A stretch of DNA of 64,000 nt from Azolla caroliniana (Eukaryota; Plantae; Polypodiophyta), in assembly GCA_043228905.1 (NCBI GenBank), contig JBHGNT010000001.1, forward strand, positions 21,762,001-21,826,000, given 5' to 3'. Below the pieces are notes generated by a model. The model was given only the letters and a program-made list of their open reading frames with translations. It was not told where the DNA came from and searched no databases. Position 1 is the first letter of the stretch; each line of letters starts with the position of its first letter. The position numbers were made by a program, and so were the translations under genes. Below are positions 36,308 to 46,116 of this stretch, one piece after another.

Positions 36308-39300
36308 ATGGAAGGCGGCGGTAGTGGGCCTCCGGGCATGATGGTGTTGAACTCACAGAACTACGCCGACTGGAAGATAAAGATGGAAGACCTTCTCATC
36401 GTCCGAGACCTGTACGAACCGATCGACAATGCCGAGATACCCAAGGGGGTAATAGAGTCGGAGTGGAAGCTCCTGAACCGGAAAGTCGTAGCGACGATCC
36501 GGCAATATGTCGATGTAAGTGTTCTGCAACATGTGGCGAACGATACGAACGCCTATGAGATGTGGCAGAAGCTGTCCGGACTGTATGAGAGGAAGAATGC
36601 TCTGACCCAGACCTCCCTGATGAGGAAGATAGTGAATCTTAAGTACCGGGACGGCGAGAGCATGGTCGAACACGTCAGCACGTTCATGGGATTCGTGAAC
36701 CAGCTTGCGGCGATCAAGTTCCCGTTGGATGACGCAATGCAAGCCATCATGCTGATGTGTACCCTTCCGGAGAGCTGGGAGAACTTGGTAGTTACTCTCA
36801 GCACCTCCTGTAAGGAAGAGAACTTGTCTTTACTAACGGTAAAGACAAGTATTCTAAATGAAGAAGCGCGTCGGAGAGATAAAGAACCGGCCTCCGACTC
36901 GAAGGCGCTGCTTACCGAATCGGAACGGGGAAGACAACGGAACCGGAGTCCGCAAAGACGGGAGAAGTCGGGGACACGGTCGCAGTCGAGGGGAAGACCT
37001 ACATGCTTCTACTGTGGGAAGCCGGGGCACTTCCAGAAGAACTGTCGGCATTTCCGGAAAGACAACGGAACCGACGGTACCGATTCGAAGAAGTCACCGG
37101 AGCGAAACGGTGCATACCGGGGAACCACGGACCGGAGAGGTCCGGATCGGCGAGGGCAGGACCGGAAAGGAACGACGGCACTCGCGGCAAGTGAAGAAGA
37201 GATAATGCTCATTACCGAAGAGAGGGAGCTGAACCTTGCCGGTGAAGAGTTAACCTGGGTGGTCGATTCCGGAGCATCGTTCAACCTGACCCCGGAGAAG
37301 AAATACTTCTCATCCTACACAGCCGGTGAGCACGGCTGTGTCCGGATGGGAAATGAAGGTACATGCCGGATTGCCGGCATAGGAGACGTGTGGCTGATGA
37401 CATCAACCGGATGCAAGATGCTGCTGAAGGATGTTCGACACGTTCCGGAGGTTCGACTGAACCTGATTTCGGCCAGGAGGCTAGACGATGAAGGCTACAC
37501 GGGTAGCATCCGGAACGGTGTCATGAAGTTCAGCAAAGGGAGCCTGATAGTGGCTCGGGCCCGGAAAGTCAACACACTGTACCTGATGAATTCCCGGCTA
37601 TGTCCGGAGGAGCTGAACGTGGCAGCTGACACTGCCGGTGAGCTGTGGCACAAGAGACTGTGCCACATGAGCGAGAAGGGGAGGAAGAGGCTTGCCGAAG
37701 ACAACCTGATACCGGTAAAGCACGTACACTTGGGGAAGTGTACCGACTATCTGGCCGGTAAGCAAAACCGGACCTCCTTCCGCTCAAGACCACCGATGAG
37801 ACATAGTGTACCATTGGAGTTGGTACACACTGATGTGTGTCAGGTAGAAACGAAGTCACATGGCGGAGCCCAGTACTTCGTAACATTCATAGATGACCAT
37901 AGCCGGAAGCTGTGGACGGCACCGTTGAAGACAAAGGACCAAGTATTGTCCGTCTTCAAAGAACTCCACGCGAGAGTGGAAAGGGAATCCGGCAAGAAGC
38001 TGAAAGCGATACGAGCGGATAACGGAGGGGAATACCGGGGGCAGTTCGAGGAGTACTGTCGCTCGAAGGGAATCCGGCTCGAGTTTACTGTGCCGAAGAC
38101 GCCGGAACTGAACGGGCTGGCCGAGAGGATGAACCGGACGATCATGGAGAGGGTCCGGAGTATGCTAGCACATGCGAAATTACCCAAGGGATTTTGGGCT
38201 GAGGCAATGTCGACGGCGACATATGTGATAAATAGATCACCCTCAGTACCCCTGGATGGAGACACGCCACAGAGAGTGTGGACCGGTAAGGAAGTGTCCT
38301 ACCGGCATCTGAAGGTGTTCGGGTGTCTCGCATACGTGCATGTGGCAAAGGACCGGAGAGGAAAGTTAGATCCAAAGACCCAGCCATGCATATTCCTCGG
38401 TTACGGCGACGACGAGTTCGGCTACCGAGTATGGGACCCGGTCGACAAGAAGATGTTCAGGAGTCGAGATATCATCTTCATGGAGGACAAGACACTCGCC
38501 GACTGGGAGTCGGAGAAGAAGATGAAGAGCTCCAAGTCGACCGGTGACAATCAACTCTACGAGGAGCAGTCCCGACCGGCAAGGGACCGGTTAGCACTCG
38601 AGGATCCGGCCGAAGATGGTGTAGAAACAGAACCGGCCGAGGAAGATGAAACTGATACCGGAACCAGCCCCGATCCCGAAATGGATTCGGATGAAGAGGA
38701 AACGGAGGAGCCGGTTACCGAAGCTCCGGAACGGAGATATCCTCTAAGAGAGAGAAGGGCCCCCCGAAGATTTCCGGATCCAGAGCACGTGTTGCTGACC
38801 GACGAGGGGGAGCTGGAGAGCTTTGAAGAAGCAAAGCATGACACCCAGAGCCGCAAGTGGTTGAGTGCCATGCAGGACAAGATGGATTCCCTGCATGAGA
38901 ACCACACATATGAACTTGTAGAGTTGCCGAAAGGAAAACGGGCACTTCGAAACAAGTGGGTGTTCAAGCTGAAACCGGGAGATGCCGGAAACCCCCCGAG
39001 ATACAAAGCCAGGATCGTGGTGAAGGGGTTCCAGCAGAAGAAGGGCGTCGACTTCGACGAGATATTTGCCCCGGTAGTGAAGATGACCTCCATCCGAACG
39101 GTGCTGAGCATAGCGGCAAGCATGGACCTCGAGGTAGAACAGATGGACGTGAAGACGGCATTCCTTCATGGTGACCTCGAAGAAGAGATCTACATGCAGC
39201 AACCGGAAGGATTCGAGAAGAAAGGGAAGGAGCACCTGGTATGCCGGTTGAAGAAGAGCCTTTACGGACTGAAGCAGGCTCCCCGGCAATGGTACCGGAA

Positions 39301-40228
39301 GTTCGACTCTTTCATGACCGACGAAGGGTACCACAAAACGCAGTCCGATCACTGCGTGTTTGTGAAGAAGTTCGAAGGAGGAGACTTTCTAATACTCCTC
39401 CTTTACGTGTACGACATGTTGATCGTCGGACGGGACCAGGTCAAGATACGGATGCTGAAGAAAGCGCTTCACCGAACCTTCTCAATGAAGGACCTGGGTC
39501 CGGCGAGGCAAATACTAGGGATGCACATCATCCGGGACCGGAAGAAGAAGCAGTTGTGGCTGTCACAGGAGAAGTACGTGACAAAGGTGCTTCACCGGTT
39601 CAACATGTCGGAAGCAAGACCGGTCAGGTCAACCCTCCCGGCAAACTGCAGGTTGTCCAGCAAGCAAAGTCCCAAGACAAAGGCTGAGAAGGAGGACATG
39701 ACGAAAGTACCATATGCCTCTGCCGTCGGAAGCTTGATGTACGCAATGGTGAGTACAAGACCGGACATAGGATATGCAGTCGGAGTGGTGAGCCGGTACA
39801 TGAGCAATCCCGGCAAAGAGCACTGGAACGCGGTCAAGTGGATACTCCGATACCTGAAGGGCACGGCAAACGTGTGCCTCCGATTCGGCTCCGGTAAGCC
39901 CGAACTCGACGGCTTTACCGATTCGGATATGTCGGCTGATGCAGATACCAGCCGGTCCACATCAGGGTATGTGATGACGTATGCAGGGGGAGCTGTTTCG
40001 TGGCAGTCGAGGCTACAGAAGACGGTTGCGTTGTCAACCACGGAGGCGGAGTACATGGCGGCTGTTGAAGCCGGCAAGGAAATAATATGGATGAAGGACT
40101 TCATTAGAGAGCTCGGTATCCGGCAGGAGGAGTACCGACTCTACTGCGACAGTCAGAGTGCCATCCACCTTGCGAAGAACGCAGCCTATCACTCCCGGAC
40201 GAAGCACATCCAGCGAAGATATCACTAG
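36308..40228 (+). CDS. Copia gag-pol polyprotein (Gag, CCHC, PR, IN, RT, RNase H), 1306 aa; probably inactive
   Basis: All copia domains in order. RT YVDD reads YVYD. Premature TAG (from TGG) at 40226, about 50 codons before the natural end. Confidence 0.95.
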   Translation: MEGGGSGPPGMMVLNSQNYADWKIKMEDLLIVRDLYEPIDNAEIPKGVIESEWKLLNRKVVATIRQYVDVSVLQHVANDTNAYEMWQKLSGLYERKNALTQTSLMRKIVNLKYRDGESMVEHVSTFMGFVNQLAAIKFPLDDAMQAIMLMCTLPESWENLVVTLSTSCKEENLSLLTVKTSILNEEARRRDKEPASDSKALLTESERGRQRNRSPQRREKSGTRSQSRGRPTCFYCGKPGHFQKNCRHFRKDNGTDGTDSKKSPERNGAYRGTTDRRGPDRRGQDRKGTTALAASEEEIMLITEERELNLAGEELTWVVDSGASFNLTPEKKYFSSYTAGEHGCVRMGNEGTCRIAGIGDVWLMTSTGCKMLLKDVRHVPEVRLNLISARRLDDEGYTGSIRNGVMKFSKGSLIVARARKVNTLYLMNSRLCPEELNVAADTAGELWHKRLCHMSEKGRKRLAEDNLIPVKHVHLGKCTDYLAGKQNRTSFRSRPPMRHSVPLELVHTDVCQVETKSHGGAQYFVTFIDDHSRKLWTAPLKTKDQVLSVFKELHARVERESGKKLKAIRADNGGEYRGQFEEYCRSKGIRLEFTVPKTPELNGLAERMNRTIMERVRSMLAHAKLPKGFWAEAMSTATYVINRSPSVPLDGDTPQRVWTGKEVSYRHLKVFGCLAYVHVAKDRRGKLDPKTQPCIFLGYGDDEFGYRVWDPVDKKMFRSRDIIFMEDKTLADWESEKKMKSSKSTGDNQLYEEQSRPARDRLALEDPAEDGVETEPAEEDETDTGTSPDPEMDSDEEETEEPVTEAPERRYPLRERRAPRRFPDPEHVLLTDEGELESFEEAKHDTQSRKWLSAMQDKMDSLHENHTYELVELPKGKRALRNKWVFKLKPGDAGNPPRYKARIVVKGFQQKKGVDFDEIFAPVVKMTSIRTVLSIAASMDLEVEQMDVKTAFLHGDLEEEIYMQQPEGFEKKGKEHLVCRLKKSLYGLKQAPRQWYRKFDSFMTDEGYHKTQSDHCVFVKKFEGGDFLILLLYVYDMLIVGRDQVKIRMLKKALHRTFSMKDLGPARQILGMHIIRDRKKKQLWLSQEKYVTKVLHRFNMSEARPVRSTLPANCRLSSKQSPKTKAEKEDMTKVPYASAVGSLMYAMVSTRPDIGYAVGVVSRYMSNPGKEHWNAVKWILRYLKGTANVCLRFGSGKPELDGFTDSDMSADADTSRSTSGYVMTYAGGAVSWQSRLQKTVALSTTEAEYMAAVEAGKEIIWMKDFIRELGIRQEEYRLYCDSQSAIHLAKNAAYHSRTKHIQRRYH

Positions 40229-40391
40229 ATCCGGGAAAGGATAGAAGACCAGGAGTTCGTGCTAACGAAGATCCACACGGACGAGAACGGGTCAGATATG
40301 CTGACCAAAGTGCTCACACCCGACAAGCTGGAAGCCTGCCGGAAGAGGGTCGGACTGGAAAGACATCCCATGCCGAAGTGAAGGGGGAGTT

Positions 40392-40824
40392 TGTTGGGAT
40401 TTCGGTCCCTCCGGATGGGATGTCCGGAGATGAATGACGGCAAGCCCGGTTGCGGTTACGGAACCGGAGGATGAAGAGTACCCGGCATGAAGCCGGATGA
40501 AGAGACCCCGGCTACGGAGCCGGATGATGAAGACCCCGGCTTCGGAGACGGATGATGAAGACCCCGGCTTCGGAGATGGATGATGAAGACCCCGGCTTCG
40601 GAGACGGATGATGAAGACCCCGGCTACGGAGCCGGATGACGAATGTACCCGGAGAGAGATCCGGATGCGGGGACATATTTGTGAATATGTTTGCCAAGGG
40701 CCGTTGAGGCTATATTTGTAAATAGCCCGAAAGTCATATGTGTATAAATATGACTTAGGGCAAACAGTTTTGTGGTTGTTACTCATTTTTCTGATTTTCC
40801 ACTTAGAGGGAGCTAAGTGAGCAG

Positions 40825-40855
<31 letters not shown>

Positions 40856-41119
40856 GAAGAGGTCGTTGCCTCTGTGTATTACCGCCGCCTGTGGCGAAGA
40901 CAGTGAGCTCAAGGTTGTTGCCTTGTAGCTTCACCATTGTACATCTCTGTTTATAGTGATAGTTGGAGTTTGATGACTCCCATGGTTTTTCCCATTTAGG
41001 GTTTTCCACGTAAAACATCCTGTGTACTCTTCTCTCTATTATCTTCGTGCATTTTGTATTTCCTGTTTTCTGTGAGTTGATCCTATTCCTCGGTTGTGGC
41101 CGAGCACTATTTTGTAACA
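40392..41119 (+). repeat. 3' LTR of A2
   Basis: Direct repeat of the 5' LTR, 2 bp longer in the AG tract. Confidence 0.95.
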
Positions 41120-43573
41120 CATCCTTGCGTCCTCCGCGGGCTGACCCATCCATTGACACAAATCACACTTTCTACAATACTCGGATGCGTCCTTCTGTGT
41201 TATTGGCCACCATAAGCCCACCTGCCATACTTTCCGGACTGTCACATCGCCCGTGTAATGGCCGCTTGCCGTGCCATAGTGTGTCTCCCGTAAAATTGCT
41301 TCCTTCTCATCCTGACGGACCCAACGTCGCCAAATGCCGTCACTTCCTTTGTGATATAAAACGCCTTCGACGAGGCAAAAGTGACGGCTTCGGACGGCTA
41401 GTCGTTTCTTCTCGTCCGTGCGTAATTGTGGTGGAGGCAGTCCTGTAGTTAAAAAGTACGTCATTTCCATAAGCCATCGGTCCGGAAAGGTGGATTCCGT
41501 TTTTTCTGCAAGTGTCGCTACTCGCAAGATGTCAGCGTCCAGAAAATCGTCGTCGTCTTTCTGTACTATTTCTCCATTCTCGAGTCTGCTCAAAAAATCC
41601 ACCGTTGTGTGTTGCGTCCCTGGTCGGTGCTGAATTACGAAATCGAATTCCTGGAGCAGCAGCATCCACCGCGCCAATTTCGATGTCAGGGCTTGTTTCT
41701 CCACCAAATACAATAATGTCGAATGATCCACGTGGAACGTGAATTTCCTTCCTAATAAATAGTGTCGGAATTTATTGATGCTATATATCATCCCCAGCGC
41801 CTCCCGCTCTGTTGTGGAATAGTTATGCTCTGCTACTAACAATTTACGACTCACGTAGTATACTGGCCTGTACCAGTTTGGTTCGGTGAGTTGCATTAGT
41901 GCGCTTCCTATTGCTATGTCTGAGGCGTCGACGAACACGTGGAATGGCTTTCCCTAAACTGGTGGTTGTACGACGGGAGCCTGTGTGAGCATTATCTTAA
42001 GTGCCTCATAGGCCTTATCCTCCGTTGTAGTCCATTGGAAAGGAGTCCGATGTACGACAGCGTGTAGCGGCGTGGCAAAGTCCACCAAATACCGTATCAT
42101 TTGACTATGCCACCGTATTTGTCCTAAAAACCGGCTAAGCGATTTGGCGTTTGTTGGAGTTTTGGCTTGCGTAATCGCGGAGATATTGTTTGGGTCGACC
42201 GTTATTCCCTCGTTGTTGACTATGTGGCCTAGGAGAGTCCCGCTGGTCACGCCGAAGGCACATTTCGCGGGATTCAGGCTTAAGCGTGCGGTGCGGCAAC
42301 GTTCCAGGCACAGTCGTAAGTGCGTAAAATGGTCTATTGTTTCCCCATATACCGCAAAGTCATCTAGAAAAACTTGCATGAACGCCGGAATGTATTCCCC
42401 AAAGATCTCCGTAATCGTTCGTTGAAATGTTGTTGGCGCTGTCTTTAGCCCGAACTTCATGACGACTGCCACATAGACTCCCCAGTCCGTGACAAACGTC
42501 GTCTTCTCCTGGTCCTCAGGGTGCATGCGTACCTAGTTATAGCCACTGAAGCCATCTAAGAAACTGCACATCTCATGGCCTGCGACAGCGTCCAGTACGC
42601 TATCGATGAAGGGTAAGGGAAATGCGTCTGTAATGGTTACGACGTTTAATTTCCGGTAATCTACGCATACCCGTATTTCTCCGTTTTTCTTTGGGACGAC
42701 CACTATCGAGCTTAGCCATGTCGCTTGTTTAACTGGTCGTATGAACCCCGCCTTCAAGAGCTTGTCAATTTCTTCTTTCACGCGGGTCGCGTAATTGGGG
42801 TTCATGCGGTAGCGGCGCTGCTAGACGGGTTTCGCGTCAGTTGCTAAATTGATCTTATGCTGATAGAACTTGGGATCTAACCCCTTCATGTCCTCATGAG
42901 CCCAAGCGAACACATCTTTATATTCCGTGAGTAGTGCGATCATCATGATTCTCTAGTCCGGCCTTAATTCCTTTGCAATGGAGAGGAACTGGGGCTCCGA
43001 TTCCGTACCCACATTTACTTCTTCGAGAGTGGAATCGGTGACTCGTTGTGAAATCTCAATTTCCCTTTCGAATGCCGCCCGTGCTTTGCTGAGTTCCAAT
43101 ATGGACTCTGGGTTTGGTTCGTAAGGCTCGTCGTGGGGAACAGTGGTCGTGGCATATTCTGTCGCGGTTGCTATGACATCTATTTCGAACAGTGGAATAA
43201 TCCGAGGGTGTTCGTCGAGGTACGCCTCCAATTCTGCATCCTCCACCCCAGCCAACATATTTATGTCCTCCGCGTATAACGGTGTTATACCCTTAGGTTG
43301 CGGCGTGCTGCCTTCCGTAGGTACGCGAACCTTGGTGTGTCCATGCCGGAAACTTATACACTCATGTTGCCAGCTCTGCTTGATATTTGCTGTCCGAAGC
43401 CATGATCTGCCCAGAAGCACTGGGTATGCTCCTAGGGCCTCCAAAACGAAGACGACCGCCGAGATGTCGAAGCGGTGTCTGCCCACAATGATGCCTATTT
43501 TGCGAATTAACCCCAACGGTCGCACTGAGGGGGTATCTGCCATGCAGAGCCAGAATGGACACACCTCCCATTC
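41120..43573 (-). pseudogene. G1 protease C-terminal half, RT, RNase H and integrase zinc finger
   Basis: CVDYRKLN, FLDGFSGYN, VFLDDF, FVDASD…EREALG, GHY…CDLC. Confidence 0.92.
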
Positions 43574-43604
43574 CCCAGAGCCAGAATGGACACACCTCCC
43601 ATTC

Positions 43605-45136
43605 GGTTCTGGGGAATGGAAGCCGGTGTTGCTTCCCGAGTTGGCAGGCTTCACATATTTGGACCTTCCGGCCACTGAACTTCAGCAAACCGAAAAAAAA
43701 TTGTTTCGTTTGCAGTTCTTCAAGCCTCCGGTAATTGACGTGGCCGATCCGCTTGTGCCAGAGATCAATATCCGATTCAATCTTCTGTCCTTTAGCGAAC
43801 AAAGCAGTGCCTACGTCAATTGTGTCGAGGATGAACATCCTCCCATCTCGGCGCCCTTGCGCAATAATCCGGCCCTCTTCCTCGATGATGCACCCAAGGT
43901 GCGTAAACCGCACCTGCATCCCCTGGTCAACGATCTGACCGACTGACACCAAGTTCTTCGTGATAGTCGGAAAGTGGAATACGTTCATAAGCTTCCCCCT
44001 CTGTCTGACGTGGCTCAAAGGGACTTCTCCGACATGCACGATTGGGTGAGAGTGTCATCTCCGGTTTCAAAGACTCCCGGTTGTTCCGGTTTCTCCATGA
44101 AAGAGAACCACTCTTTGTGGCTCTTCATGTGGTTCAACGCACCGGAATCAACGTACCACACTTCCTCCGATTTGGAAATGGTCTTCTTCATCGAGTTAGC
44201 CTCGTGTTTCATCACCAAGGCTAGCCCTTTACCCGCTTTTCCGGTTTTGGATCCTCCCGATCCTTCTGAGTAGTGCAAGTATTGCCAGTTCTCTCTGTCC
44301 GAATCGGCACGCTTCTTCTAGCACTCGCTTTCTCTGTGGCCCTTTTTACCACAGTACCAGCATTCCGTGTCAACGTTTGTTTGCCGGCCTCCGGCGCCAC
44401 CTTGACTCCCCGTGCTTGTGGAGGGTCTAGAACTGTTGTCGGCACATTCTTTGTGCCTTCGGTCATGCTCTTGCCGGCTGCTACCATTGCGAGCCAACCC
44501 GCCCCGTCCACCATGCCCACGGGGCCAATCTGCCTTCATGTACAACATCAAGCTATCATTGGGTGCACTTGTTGATGCACCGGCATGGTTCTCCTCTACA
44601 AGGAGCATCGATTGTAAGTCGAAAAATGACGGCATATTCTCCCTTGTACATTCTGCCGTTCGGAACGCTCTGAACTTAGACGTTAGGCCCCCAAGACAGA
44701 TCTGCACCATCTCATCTTCCTCTACAGTGACGTTGATAGAGGCAAGTGAATCACAGTTCTCTTTGATTTGGGCCATGTAGTCGGCTACCGACATGTCCTC
44801 CTGTCGGACATTGCTCAACTCCTGTCTGAGTTGCAGCTTCCGGGTTGTACTGCTTGCCGTGAAAATCTTCTTTAGGTTTCCCCAAGCTTCTTTTGGCGTC
44901 TTGGCATCTCGGGCATGGCTCAACAGCTGGTCTCCAACACTGGATGCAAAGCAGTACTTTACTCTGCTTGCTGCTTGTTCCCACATTAGGAAGTCCTTGT
45001 GTGTCGCAATAGGTGTTGTGTCGTTAGCTCCGTCGACATAGCTCCAGTAACCATGCCCAAGTAGTGACCAAGATACGTAGTTGGATCTATCGAGCTTCTC
45101 CACCAGGAGCGAACTAGCCATTCCTCTATCCATCAC
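43605..45136 (-). pseudogene. B2 gag, CCHC, protease and GAG-pre-integrase
   Basis: KLDRSNY, CWYCGKKGHRESEC, WYVDSGA, LWHKRIGH…CEACQLGK. Confidence 0.92.
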
Positions 45137-45224
45137 TTCTCTTTTTGTTCTTACCGGGTCTTAGGGTTTGTCTTCAGTGCTAATGTCGGTTGCAGAGGTT
45201 CTCAACCATCGTGCTCTGATACCA

Positions 45225-45659
45225 TGTAAAAACGAAGGTGTGGAAGCGTTAGACAACCGGCTTAGCCGGATAGCATTAGAGAGAGAGAGAGAGAGAGAGA
45301 GGTTAACACACAAAAGGTAGGCAGGAGAGACAGAGAAAGAGCAGAACAACTTAAATCTATTATCAACAACTCTATAAAATTCTCTATCCATACAATGTGC
45401 TCAACAACACTATTTATACAAGTCCTAAGAGGAATGACAGAAGTACAGTGTACTTCAATGCTCACACGAGCGTCTAACACTAACTATGAGACATTAACTA
45501 CCTAGTATTCTAGGCTGCTACTAGGCTTCCGGTTACTATTGGATCCGGCTAACCAGCTCCCCAGCTCACCGGCTCACCGATCCGGCTCATCCTTCTGGAT
45601 GCCAATCTGGCTTAGGTTTATTTAGCCGATCCGGATCCGGTTGACCTTGCCGCTCAACA
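45225..45659 (-). repeat. 5' LTR of B2
   Basis: TGTTGAGC…TTTTTACA immediately followed by the PBS. Confidence 0.93.
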
Positions 45660-46116
45660 TGCACCATCTACGTCGGCTCTTTTAGACCCGCTCCTCCGGA
45701 TGGGCCCTTGACCACGCCGGTCGAGGTCGAGCCCATCTCGAGCCAATCCTGGGTTTCCTCCTTTCGTGTCGATGAAGGTTCCTTGAACTTCCTTGTCAAA
45801 ACGGGTCTTCCTGCTAACAAACCTTCGTTGCCCCACTCACTCTGCTTGTCGAAACGGTTGCAGACTCTTTTGACCATGGCCCAGTCGGCCGTCAGCCCAT
45901 CATCTGTCTCCAGCAGGAGACCCACTTGATCCCGATCCTACACATCCACCACATTGACGAACAACAGGATACGGCTCGTGTCAAGCACGGTCATGTCCAG
46001 TGCCGAGAGCCGTGCAAAGCATTCTTCGAACTCCCGAAGGAGCACGGACACGTTCCTCCCCTTTCAAGGGGTCTCCACCCACTCCATGAAATCCCGCTTT
46101 GATAACCGAAGCGCAA

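Larger units (their letters stand above)
35551..41119 (+). mobile_element. Full-length, recent Ty1/copia element A2
   Basis: TSD CATCC at 35546-35550 and 41120-41124. LTRs 35551..36276 and 40392..41119 (about 7 substitutions). PBS at 36280-36291. PPT GAAGGGGGAG. Confidence 0.98.
31112..43604 (-). mobile_element. Non-chromovirus Ty3/gypsy element G1 (5' LTR and gag deleted; hosts A2)
   Basis: 3' LTR 31112..31530; PR/RT/RH/IN ORFs homologous to G2; extra ORF at ~31983-34273. Confidence 0.9.
28799..45659 (-). mobile_element. Ty1/copia element B2 (hosts G1 and A2; integrase deleted)
   Basis: LTRs 28799..29241 and 45225..45659. PBS TGGTATCAGAGC at 45213-45224 (minus). PPT at 29242-29253. Decayed TSD CACAC/TGCAC. 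Confidence 0.92.
17647..46116 (-). mobile_element. Ty3/gypsy element G3 (3' LTR to gag; hosts A1 and B2; 5' end not in window)
   Basis: Collinear segments 17647-21695, 27433-28798 and 45660-46116 rejoin across TSDs. Confidence 0.85.

Noticed and set aside
43362-44039. Chimeric copia-gypsy ORF as a novel gene
   Set aside because: Read-through across a deletion junction between two disabled elements.
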